The position numbers and the translations under genes were made by a program. The notes under the pieces are model-generated. The model did no database searches. It was not told the DNA's origin and saw only the letters and a list, made by a program, of their open reading frames with translations. From Tubiluchus corallicola (Eukaryota; Animalia; Priapulida), in assembly GCA_030141605.1 (NCBI GenBank), contig JAQGDQ010000903.1, positions 17,987 to 81,986 of the forward strand: DNA of 64,000 bases, in the 5' to 3' direction. Shown here in pieces: positions 50,985-62,520 of this stretch. Numbering within the stretch: the stretch's first letter is position 1; the number at the start of each line of letters is the position of its first letter.

Positions 50985-51440
50985 AAGGAAATCGTGCTGT
51001 TTGTAGGGGGTAATGAGCGCGCTGGTTCGTGGGGTAAGACGAGATGCAATCCGCTCCACCTGGATGAAGTGATGCGAGAGTTCTGATGACGTCATGTGTC
51101 TTTTCTTCGTCGATGTGCAGGATCGGTTTGGCGAAAGACTGAACGATGCGCTGACTGGTTCTTCATATGACGAAGCAGCACTTCATGGCGATATTGTCAT
51201 GACAGAGACACCTAGCGGAATGAATTTTGGGAGAAGATTAACATGGATGATGAAATGGGCTTCTGAAAGATGTGATTCCAAGTATTTTCTGCGACTGGAT
51301 GACAATACGTTTCTGTGTTGGAGAAATTAAGACATGAGTTAAAGGATTTAAGAATCAATAGGATAAACTGGGGATGGAGAAATTGTCCAGGAAATGAGAT
51401 TGAGTTATACAAGGCAATTTTTGAAGCATTTACGCAATGA
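50985..51440 (+). pseudogene. GT31 glycosyltransferase pseudogene fragment
   Basis: KEIVLFVG/VMSALVRGVRRDAIRSTWMK*CESSDDVMCLFFV...EAALHGDIV...KYFLRLDDNTFLC/EKLRHEL...INWGW; two frameshifts, one in-frame stop, truncated. Confidence 0.8.
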
Positions 51441-51730
51441 AACCGATTTCTTGCCACAAAATGTGTGGGATTGTCTTGCATTTTTATAACTTAGTTTGTC
51501 CGTCAATAACCCTGTTGATTTTGCACGTAAAAGGTGCATTGCAATAAAAGACAATAAGAATTTATCTTTTAAAAATATTCAATGAAACCAATTTCTTGCC
51601 ACAAATGTGGGACTGTCTTGTATTTTTATAACTTAGTCATTTAGTCAATCAGTCAGTTGATTTTGTACATAAAAGACATAGAGCAAATAAAAGGCAATGA
51701 GAAATTACCATCTAAAAATCTTCAATAAAA
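51436..51730 (+). repeat. ~145-bp tandem duplication at the pseudogene breakpoint
   Basis: aatgaaacc.atttcttgccacaaa...ttataacttag at ~51436 and ~51581. Confidence 0.75.
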
Positions 51731-52319
51731 CTAAGCAAGATAACTTATTAATGAAAAGATTAATGCATTAGAAACGATACTAAACTAAACTGGTTCAGAA
51801 TGTTGTGGATAAATCTGATGTAACAAATTTTCTTCTGCTGGTCCAGATCAGAAACCACATAAAGTGTATAAAAAGCGGGGTTTTCTTGTAACATACTTCT
51901 CCTGCATATTTTTTGCACTAACTATATCCAGTACTGCCTATTAAAGGCCTAGCATTTCCTAAATTTATCGATCCATTCAGCATTTATTACCTGTGTTGAA
52001 TCAGCTAGCGATGTTTTGAAATAAATTAATCGAACAAAATTTTCTTATTAGAATGCAAGATATGGAAGAGGAGAAGCATTTTACTACAAACAAAAACTAG
52101 ATTTTCTACTAGAAATAAAAATTCTGCATACGTCTCTCTATGTTCATTTTGACGAAAGACTGAGAGGTTCAAGGAACTGTTTTTGTTAATAGAATATTTT
52201 TCACACTAAGATGGCATTATTGATTGTGTAGTATTGATTGTATTGCATTGCAAATTGTATTGCTAAATTTTTTGTTCTTGAATTTTGTAAAATCTTGACA
52301 TTTTGGTAAATTGGAAAAA

Positions 52320-52550
52320 TCTAGTCTCATCTAGTCTAATCTAATCCAATCTAATCTAATCTAATCTAATCTAATCTAATCTAATCTAATCTAATCTAAT
52401 CTAATCTAATCTAATCTAATCTAATCTAATCTAATCTAATCTAATCTAATCTAATCTAATCTAGTCTAGTCTAATCTAATCTAATCTAATCTAATCTAAT
52501 CTAATCTAATCTAATCTAATTCGATTTGATTTGATTTGATTTGATTTAGT
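52320..52550 (+). repeat. (AATCT)n microsatellite followed by (GATTT)n
   Basis: Direct inspection. Confidence 0.95.
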
Positions 52551-53599
52551 TTTATTTAATTTGCGTTGTATTATGTACGTAAATACTCTTAATTTCAGCT
52601 AATCTTTTTTAGTCTCTGTAAATAGTAATTTTTTACTATATAGTTATACATAGTAATACATAGTATTTGTTTATTGACCTTAGTTATTTACACTAACTTC
52701 CATATATTTAGAATTAATAAATAAACATTCCCTAAACCGGACCACTACACTACGTTGTGTATATAACAGGTTTACGTTTTACATCACACCACCCCAAATA
52801 CACTGTAATAACAATGTAATTATAAAGTTACCATTATTATTTTAGGTAATTTTAACTGCAAATTTCATTAAAGGAAAGAACAAGTCACTCAGTATTTTGG
52901 GTTTATTTTACAGTTACCACTTAAACTTAGGAAAATATAGCAAAGAAATTTGCAAAAAACTTTCTATAAAGCATAAATGTAAAATATACTGTCTCTGAAT
53001 ACAAATGTTCAAGCTTGGTGGTTGCTGCCATTCGTTTGAAAATTGTAACTGGGGACTTCGTGACTTTTCGTAAGCGCATCGTGGCTTTCCGCGAGGTCGG
53101 GGTGCTTAAACTAATTCTAACTTCTACTTACCTAATGTTCACGCAAAAATGTTACTAAATCAGTTATATAATGTTGCTTTTCTTCAAGACGAATGACGTC
53201 ATTGGAAAAAGGATGGGTGCTGAAAATGGAAGCCTCCAAGCATAAACTGCACGCGACTTTAAAGTGATTTTATTAATCACACCAGGCGCTTATTGCAGTT
53301 TTATTACTGAATCGTTCTATAACATTCTTTGCGAACATTGAAATGAGCCTAACTTCCCAGAAAGATTAGCCTTTCCTTCAAGCATTAGTAGTATCTTTTT
53401 AATGCACGTTTATTTTAGAAGCACAGTATAAAATAAAGTACAAGTAGAACTGTTGCTCAGTTTAATATTTGCCATATTTAGGTTGCTGAATCTATTGAAA
53501 AAAAGGCCTCATCAGTCATCATTCGAGAGAGCTCAATAGACATTAATTCTTAATTTGATTTTCAAAATATGAGCTTGTAATTTCTGATAGGGCTTAATT

Positions 53600-56500
53600 T
53601 TTACAGTTGAGCTTAATTTTTATTTTAAAACAAATTTTACTAGAGTATAGGAATATGTTATGTATACTGCCTCATGCCCATTAGTTAAAACAACCTAACT
53701 GCAGAGAACTTTTTACAGTTGTGAAAGGCTTGCGCTCTCTACAGACGGACTAAGAAAGCATCATAAATGCTATAGAAACAATAGTTAATTCAGCTTACGT
53801 AAAGGTAACTTGAAAAGACATACCTGCCTCGAAAAATCAATTAATTTTATTCTGATTGTGATTGGCTCTCCATAACTTGGATTTTATCGAAACGTTGCAC
53901 TTTCACTGTAGGATGGTGTAGCTCATCACGTGACTTGGACGATGAACGTTTATCGTCAATTAATTTTCTAATTTGAGGACGATATTCAAACCCTCAACGT
54001 AGAAAGAGCACTGTTAATGAGATTATACAATACCGTAACAATTGCATCAGACAAAAAAAGTTTTTTAGAACTAAAACTGGTTAAAACATACCTACGGTTA
54101 ACAATTTCACAAGAGAGCCAAAATAATTTGGCGATACTGTCTATAGAAAATGACATTACAAAAGTCATTGACTTTGAAATAATTTTGAAAGATTTCTCGG
54201 ATAAAAAGCAGAAATGTCTGTTTTTAGAAGGCCTATGCACAAACAGTATATCATTGACTTGTAATATAACGTTAAAACTTTTAAGGCTTTCAACTTTTTT
54301 GGCTGAGTCTGGCGTACTAAGTGAAGCAAAAACGTCAATCTTCAGGTTTTGTAGAGTAGAGGGCCCCACTAACAATTTTCTAATTAGTTTCCGCATTTCC
54401 TAGCACTGGTCCTAACTGATCAGTGCTAAGGTTATTATAACTTCATAATGACTTTAATAGGAATTTTGTGAAACTACATTTTATTCTGGATTTGCTTGTC
54501 ATAGAAAATAACGTTAAATGGTTTTCTTTATGGAAAGATAGAAATAGCTCTTTTGCTTTTCAAAAGCATTTAAAAGATTAACTAAGAATGAATGTCAATA
54601 AAAAGACAAACACTATGGTTTAGTGGTCAACATTAAGCAATACAGTAATTGGTCAGCAAAAGGATGATAACCAGCAGAAAAATTTGTTTAGGGTGATTTT
54701 GCATAAAATGCCACAATATTATTTATAAAAATGTGTCTGTTTTGTATTGTTGTAAACTGTAAAATAGTCCAATATTATTTTTTAAACGAGTCTGATTTAT
54801 AGATTTTTTTGTATAAAGATTATTTTTAATTTCAACAGCCGGATTAATTAATTTAAATGGAGTTACATATAAAACCTTTCAAGGTGTAATTATTGTGTTT
54901 TGATGTATCATGGTTTAAATTATTTTTTGCAACTGTTAATTTTTTGTAATTGCTAAACTGCAGTTTTAATGTATATGCTAATGTGTAGTTTTTAATATGT
55001 ATGTTTGCTTGATGTAACTGAAAAATTTTCGAACAGTTAATTTTAATCGTAATTTATTCTCATTATCCTAACGTGTGACATTGTAACGTGTAATTTTAAT
55101 GATTAATTTACAAATGTACATTATTGTCTCTTTCAAATTTACTAACTGCATGTACCATTACTGAAACATTAATCACATGCAATGTTAATGTATCCACGTA
55201 AAAACCAAATTTGTATGTATCTGTCTATTTATCTATTGATGGCGTTTCGAGAAAATGCTAATTCTCAGCTTCTTCAAGCATCATCGTTTAGTATAATAAA
55301 AATTTTATAAACAGCATTGTGGTTCATCTTAGAACATTGCCTTTAATAATAAGGCACGCTCTCTATGGCCACAAGCATTAACAGTACGCCTTGCCATTGT
55401 ATGTTAAATACTGGCTTGCAGTATGTGAACTGTGTAGAAAAACCCTGGACCGATGGTAGTAGATACGCACTGAGCATGATTTGTATGTTTGATTCTCTGT
55501 TTGTTGAAAACTTGTTTCACACCCACTGTGCTAATTGCAGTAAAAACGATATGATCATATGATCAACACATATCATCGTAAAAATACTTGGGCCTATATA
55601 AACCGGAAATTTGTTAGTTTCTGGCATTTTCCTCCTGTTGTTTTCACAATGGTAGGCTCCAAGTTAATGTTTTTCTATTTTCAGTTGTAACTTGCAATAC
55701 TTCGCAGCCTTTACTAATGCCTCTAAATAAGAGCTTAATTGACTAAGACTGCAAATAAAAACCCACTTTTGCAGACCAAGGAGTGTAGACATTACAGTTG
55801 AGCTTAAGTTTTATTTAAAAGAAATAAATTTCACTACAGCATGTAAACATACTATGTATATTGCTGAGTTGAGCCTATTATTTGAAGCAAGCAAGCTGCA
55901 GAAGCTTTTTAACAGCCGAGTACGCTTGCGCCTTCTACAGGCAAACATAGCAAACATCATGAACGATAGAAACATCAAAACGTATTCTCACTTTACGTAA
56001 GGGCAACTTGAAAAGACATGCTTGTGTTGCAGAAATATTCTACTTTGTTCTGATTATGATGTGTTTTCTAGATTTTTCTCAAATGCTGTTTTCTTCACAG
56101 TAGTATAACTCATGACAAGACCACGATGATGAACATTTGAAGTTTCGTAATTGCATCTTATTAAAAACACTAAAATTTTAAGGTAGTAATTTAGTGAAAC
56201 AAGCGTGAAAGCATTTTTAGTAAGCGTAAGCCTTGATTATACATAATCTAAAGCAAAACTGAGCTACTTATAAATAACCTACAACAATGAGTCAACTCGG
56301 TTTCCATTTCTAACTTAAGAGAGATCAGTGGAAAAGTTATTAGAACTTAATAACTTTAGAACTTAAGACTTTAATAATCACTTTAATAGGAATATTCTGG
56401 AAATGGACACTCACTGTGCCAACTGTGGTAAAAACATGCAACATATCATAAATATCACCGTAAAAATAGTAATGTGCAATAGTCTACATAAACCGGAAAT

Positions 56501-56640
56501 TTGTTAGTTTTTCGCAATCTCATCTTTGTGCGTCGAGTTTGACAATGGCACAGCTGACAGCTTTGGTTGAGTTAGTGTTTTCATGGTAAATGAGTTGTTG
56601 GTTTACATTCTCAACTGCAACTTGCAATACTTTACAGCAT
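53600..56640 (+). repeat. Diverged local direct duplications downstream of the receptor gene
   Basis: 53600-53950 plus 54415-54475 resemble 55790-56400 (ttacagttgagcttaa..., acgtaa.gg.aacttgaaaagacat, gatcagtg...actttaataggaat); 55560-55710 resembles 56440-56640. Confidence 0.7.
53985..54418 (+). mobile_element. hAT transposon 3' remnant (dimerisation domain)
   Basis: TVTIASDKKSFLELKLVKTYLRLTISQESQNNLAILSIE matches the hAT Dimer_Tnp consensus (ASxERSFSKLKLIKTYLRSTMSQ..L..LAILSIE); followed by a gggcccc subterminal motif. Confidence 0.85.
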
Positions 56641-56922
56641 TCCCTAGAACACAAGTTTTCACTGTTATGTTAATCCTCTCTTCACTTGTTCTTTTACTTT
56701 AGCGTCCTGCTGATACTCGCTATTAATGCTAGTTTGCCATCATCCAACTTCTTCTTGAATGCTACAAATCTTGACACGTGTTTTCTGCTGAAGCCAGGAC
56801 ATAACTATTTATCACCATATAGTACAAGCACTTAACGTAATTTCAGCTAATTACGTAATTTTTAAAAATCAATATACGCAATATAATGCTAATAACACGA
56901 TATGAAATCTCAGATAAATCTG

Positions 56923-59112
56923 CTACCGTCGCTCAAAGTCTCCTCGTAGTAGTCGAATAAAGGTCTTTTTGAACTGTACATTAGCTAGAGCATACATAAA
57001 AGGGTTTAACGGACTATTCATGTAGCACAGCCAGTAAGAAAAAGCGTAAAGGTCAGGGCTGATGCAGGTCGGACAAAAGCCCATTACTGTAGCAAACACA
57101 TGCCATGGTGTCCAACACAACACAAAGGCACCCATAATGCAAGTAATTGTCCTCAACGCTTTCCGCGCGCGATTTTCTGACTTTGATTTTTCGCGCTTGT
57201 CGCGCCGCTTGAAATTGTTCTTATTTTTACTTGGCTTCTTCAGCAGATTACCCCGCTCAGGCGGTGTAGGAGTCGCTACTTTGCCATTCTTTGTGGTGAC
57301 GGAAACCTCGCCGTCGTACCTTGGAGGACTGGTCTCTTTTAAAAGGGCTTCTTCGTCCGCCTTGGTGGCTATTCTGGTTACTGTTCCGGCACTGGGCGTC
57401 GTTGTGACCACTGTTGGACTTCCTTCTTTGACGCGCGGACTAGGTTCACGTGAGCAACCGGACACGGACGCGGGAGTCGATTCCTTTGATCGTCGGCCTG
57501 TCAGTAAACCGGGCGTGGTTTCCCGAGAGCCCTGCCGAGACACCGGAGACCGTATACTATCGGAGGAAGGTGATCTTAAGCTTTCTTGGTCGATATACGA
57601 AAACAGCTCAAGTCCCTCGGGTGCGGCATTGATATCAAAACCTGAACAGTGAATGTTGTTCTGACAACAGTTGGACTTTGATTCGGGCAATTGTTCATAG
57701 TCTGAGGACTTGATTTCCGGATGTTCGTCAACCGGCTGAAGTCTTGGCGGAGGCGTTGTAGGTTGATCTGGAATGTCGGAGATTGGCGAATCTGGCAGCG
57801 TTGTATAACTTCCAACAATCAGCATGTCAGTTCCCAGGTTGTTGGGTGGTGATACTCTGAGAGGTTTTCTCTCGGCCCCAGGAGGAAGTTTCACTTTACC
57901 TCCTTCTGTGGCGGCAATGTTTTTGTGTTTTCTGGGTTTAGTGGGTTTAACTGGTTGTGGTTTCTGTTCTTTAGGTTTCTTCCTCTTTACAAGATGCATA
58001 GGACTTTTTGGCTTCTTCTTCTTCTTCGCCTGTTGCTCGGAGCTGGAATCTTCGTCATCCGAGGGGTACGTTGGACTGCTTGATCGCTCATTTTGATCTT
58101 CCGGTTTGGAGGCGAAGCTCGTTTCGCTCTTTGAGACTCGCCTGGTACTCAGTGCGTTTTGACTAGAAACACTGCTAATGTTTTGTCGTTCTGCGCTACC
58201 TCCAGCGCTCAGCAAAGTGCTTTGTGTTTTTGAAATACCAATACCGACTTTCGTCATTGTCCCTCCCGCCATTTCTACCATTGATCTAGTCTTGCGGTGT
58301 TTAGCTTCGCTGCGCTTCTGCAATTCATACGCCACGCGGTAAATACACCCGTACAATATACACAACACAATAAGCGACGACCAGTAATAAGCAAATATTA
58401 ATGCCGTGTTAAAAACAGGGTTCTGCAAAAACTGCACCTCGCACTGGTTATGACGGACCTTTCGCTCGCCCACAAAATACTGCCAGCCGATGATGCAAGT
58501 GAAAAAGAGACCCCCAGGTATGAACCAGGCGGCGACTACCATTATCCGCACCCTTTGTTCAGTTCTCCAGGCGCGGTAGAGCGCTGGAAATTTCACAGAG
58601 CAAAAACGATCTATCGTAATTAGTAACACTGTGTACTGTGAAGCCAAACAAACAGTATAATCTAGGGAGAGCCACAAATCACACACAAATTCACCCAGTT
58701 TCCATTCTTGCACTATCAGGTATTGTGTGTACAACGGCATTGAAAGCAAGCCGATTAACAAGTCTGAGACGGCTAGACTAGCTATGAAATAATTCGTTGG
58801 TTGTCTGATGGCTCTTTCCACGTAAAAAGAGATCAAAACTAAACAGTTGCCCGATACGGTGGCCAGACTAAGAGCGCCTACCAGAATGCCTATAATGACG
58901 ATCTGCCACAGGGCAAACGCAGACGTTTCCTCGATTATTGATGGAGGTAGGGTAGTCGTGCGTATGGCGTTGCCGGTCCATGAACGGTTTGCTAGCGGCG
59001 TGGACGGAAGGTAACCGGAATAATTCTCATGTGCGAACGTAGATGGCGGCACCGACGAAGATGCTATTCTAATTGTTGAGATCCGTCCCAAATCGGTAGT
59101 ATTGTACTCCAT
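56923..59112 (-). CDS. Muscarinic acetylcholine receptor, B-type/GAR-like; single-exon CDS, 729 aa
   Basis: GNCLV, NYFIASLAVSDL, CDLWLSLDYTVCLASQYTVLLITIDRF (TM3 Asp), YRAWRT, IGWQYFVG, very long ICL3, KSENRARKALRTI, CWTPWHV, YWLCYMNSPLNPFMY. The DYTVCLxSQYTV and KSENRARKA strings are characteristic of invertebrate mAChR-B. Confidence 0.92.
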   Translation of the reverse strand: MEYNTTDLGRISTIRIASSSVPPSTFAHENYSGYLPSTPLANRSWTGNAIRTTTLPPSIIEETSAFALWQIVIIGILVGALSLATVSGNCLVLISFYVERAIRQPTNYFIASLAVSDLLIGLLSMPLYTQYLIVQEWKLGEFVCDLWLSLDYTVCLASQYTVLLITIDRFCSVKFPALYRAWRTEQRVRIMVVAAWFIPGGLFFTCIIGWQYFVGERKVRHNQCEVQFLQNPVFNTALIFAYYWSSLIVLCILYGCIYRVAYELQKRSEAKHRKTRSMVEMAGGTMTKVGIGISKTQSTLLSAGGSAERQNISSVSSQNALSTRRVSKSETSFASKPEDQNERSSSPTYPSDDEDSSSEQQAKKKKKPKSPMHLVKRKKPKEQKPQPVKPTKPRKHKNIAATEGGKVKLPPGAERKPLRVSPPNNLGTDMLIVGSYTTLPDSPISDIPDQPTTPPPRLQPVDEHPEIKSSDYEQLPESKSNCCQNNIHCSGFDINAAPEGLELFSYIDQESLRSPSSDSIRSPVSRQGSRETTPGLLTGRRSKESTPASVSGCSREPSPRVKEGSPTVVTTTPSAGTVTRIATKADEEALLKETSPPRYDGEVSVTTKNGKVATPTPPERGNLLKKPSKNKNNFKRRDKREKSKSENRARKALRTITCIMGAFVLCWTPWHVFATVMGFCPTCISPDLYAFSYWLCYMNSPLNPFMYALANVQFKKTFIRLLRGDFERR

Positions 59113-59313
59113 GCTATCAAACCATTAATGTCTATTAAAGCTGAATGCAGTATTCTACCTCTCCATTGCAGTCATTTGTTACCAATATCTGAAGGAAAAA
59201 ATCATTAAAGTATTATAATAAGCTTTACAGACAGTTTTACTCATCTATTAGTTGAGAACAGCTGTTACTGTCGACGCTTATAAATATAATCATTCTGAAT
59301 CGAAACGAAAACA

Positions 59314-59420
59314 GGGCCCGGTTTCACAAAGCTGTCACTAAGTTAACGACGTCGTTATTACATTCACTTAACTATTAACAACGACGTCGTTAAGTCAGTG
59401 ACGGCTTTGTGAAACTGGGC
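59314..59420. mobile_element. Small hairpin MITE (Harbinger-like termini)
   Basis: gcccggtttcacaaagctgtcact..ttaacgacgtcgtt / aacgacgtcgttaa..agtgacggctttgtgaaactgggc. Confidence 0.8.
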
Positions 59421-59829
59421 ATTGGTCTTGGTTAACAGACATTGGCCAGCATTGCAGACATAGCACATAATAGTTAATTGCCCCACATACTCTGCCCCAG
59501 CCTCATCCTCTGTGACAACTAATGGTTTGACATGTCACGTTATAGTACGTTACGTATTAACAATTTCTGCAATGCTATTCTAATTACAATAATCTTCAAG
59601 TTACTGATGACTTCTGGGGGGGGGAGCTCGACACCCATACAATCTCTCCTCATTTCAATGGTTGGGCTCATTATCATTAATCATTATGATTAACTTTCCT
59701 TAACTAGTCTGCAACGTTACAGTGAAGGCATATTTCACAACTGTTTCTCCTCCTCAATCAGTCTGCATTTCACAAGTATCGTTCTTTCTTCTTTCCTCTT
59801 GTAATTCTTCTGTTCTGGTCATGTGCTTT

Positions 59830-60417
59830 GCTAAACAACTGACAGAAAGTGTTCAATTATAAAAAAAAAGCCAGAAAGAGGCAGACATAGAATTACGGAA
59901 TCTGAGTGACAGACAGACCAAGACCAGGAACAGGAGGACCCAGACAGTAACTGAGGTAAATTAAAAGCGTTTTCCCAACTATCTCGTAACAAAACTTTGC
60001 CCAACTATCTCTCTTTTCAATTGATTTGTAATAATTCACAACTGTTTCTCTTCCTCTCTACTGTAGGCCTTAAGTAGACTTGCACACAGCGCTGATGTAA
60101 AAAGACCCATTATTTACAACTCTTTTCCTTACTCAAACGTGCTGCTTTCACAACTGTCTCTTTTTCTGTTACTGTCCACTCATTCCATCATGGTTTTGTG
60201 CTTTTCTGCATACAGCCCTTATACAGCTATCCTTCTCCTTAAGCGCACAGAATTTTACAGCTCTCTTTTCTTAGCGCGCTTGTATTTCTCCACAGTTACT
60301 GTCTGTGCCGTTCTTTTCTTAGTCTTGGTCTGCCTGTCACCCAGATTCCATGATTTTATACCTGTTTCTTGCTAGCTTCTTTATAACTGAACACCTTTTG
60401 TCTGTTGTTTAACAAAG
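59830..60417. repeat. ~125-bp diverged inverted repeats (foldback/MITE-like)
   Basis: 59830-59956 (ggaatctgagtgacagacagaccaagac...cagacagtaactg) is the reverse complement of 60288-60417. Confidence 0.7.
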
Positions 60418-60801
60418 ACTGCTCATCGACTAACTTGTTCAGATTCCGTCACGTCCCCTTTTAACTGGCAAACTGTCTTAGAAGCACAAGCAGATTTTCA
60501 GAAGGTAAATTTCCTTCACGTACTAGGCTTTTCACCTGCGCATTTATTTATTACCTTGCTTTTGTTTAGTCGTCAACGAAGGACTGTAGCGGTTCTAAAT
60601 TAATTTCTGTGAGTCGTTGATGCAATGGCTCCATCTTGTTCACTGTGCACTTTGTAACGGTCCAAATGTAACAACTAAGTTAATATTTTACTCTATTTTT
60701 AACGAACGTTATAAATCTGTCAGATATATGGGGGGGGGGGGAATTACCACTTTTTAGAGTATTGTGCTCTTTCTATATGTACATATTTATATGAATAGTA
60801 T

Positions 60802-60904
<103 letters not shown>

Positions 60905-61758
60905 GTATACAACTTACAATCATTATAAGACTTAAACGCACTCAACACGTATGTCGATATCATATAAATTCACCTCTTTTTGTATTTTTGGCTAGACAGA
61001 AATTTTGGATAGATAGACAGCCATGCTGTTAAGGTTTTTACTTCTCCACCACCTGTCCTGTCAAGCATTTCACTTTCCCGATTTTAATTTGTATCATGTG
61101 TTTTATATCGAATGTTAACAAAATAAGTTAAAATAAAATAAAATGAAACAAAATAAAATAAAATGCAACAAAATGAAATAAAATAAAATAATTTACGGTT
61201 TTTAAATTTAAGTTTCACTTCAACTGCGCTAATTGACTCTATTCTTGTTCACGGATTTCATGAAGTGAAGGAGACGTGCTCCTAATGAAGAGATTCCTGC
61301 TGCGCGGAGGAAGCCAAACGGCGTAAAATCAGCCTTTCCCCGCAAAATATCACGCCGGTTTGGTATTTGAAAGCCAGCAGAGCATTATAAAACTAATTTC
61401 TCTGGCTTGGCATATTGATGTAGCTCGTGGAGAACTGGCTTGACGCTTGCTAAGCTTATAAGCATAAATTAAGTCAATTTCCATCAAGATTTGAAACTGC
61501 TGATGCTTCCTTGCTCTGATTTTTACGAGAAGTGCAACTAAAGTAATTAGTAGCTGATTAATTATGCGTAAACTCAAACCTGAGGCCATATGAAGACAAA
61601 ACTGAAAGCTTCGATTAGCATCCAAGACATGATGTGTTTTCTAAGTTTTTGAAGGTCACGAATTGGATGTTTAGTTACAATTTCTAAGCCTAGGAGTTAA
61701 AATGAATCACCGGTATTGAGACCTCTAATTACAAAGTATACGTGTTTGCAAATATAAT

Positions 61759-62017
<259 letters not shown>

Positions 62018-62297
62018 TGTCTTTTATTTGCGCACAAATACAAGTTATAATACATCATGTACAAGTACTGCCCTCTGTTTGTAGGGCAGAGATACTTAAA
62101 AGTTACTACAATCAAAATCGGATTTTAAATACACATGTGACAAGTGGAAATGTGCCTTATAATGACATCTCACAATAAAATCGCAAGTTCGAATTTTTTG
62201 ACGGACGTTCATAATATAGCTTCTTATTATAAGTTTACTGACAAACAACAAAATGCAATTTTCAACATGTACGTTGAATAAAATAGATAGATAAATA

Positions 62298-62520
62298 ATG
62301 GATTTTATTAAAAAGTCATACCATAGCAGTTAAACTGAATAGAGGTGTGAATACAACAAAAATGGAAAAAAAAGAGAAAAAAGCACATAAGAGATATTCC
62401 ATTACAAGCTAAAAATTTGGAGGAATGATATGTATGTCATGTGTTTTTTGATTGTTTTTTTCCTTTTTTATTGTATTCAGTTTTACTGTTATGGTGTGAC
62501 TTTTTAGTAAAACCCATTTT
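62298..62520. repeat. Imperfect inverted repeat (MITE-like)
   Basis: ttttattaaaaagtcataccatagcagttaaactgaata vs tattcagttttactgttatggtgtgactttttagtaaaa. Confidence 0.7.

Noticed and set aside
51069-51071. In-frame TGA in the GT31 fragment (and in the cyclase fragment) as selenocysteine or readthrough
   Set aside because: Accompanied by frameshifts and truncation, so ordinary pseudogene decay is the simpler explanation.
57062-58096. Plus-strand ORFs of 196, 60 and 90 aa
   Set aside because: Antisense shadows of the GC-richer receptor CDS.
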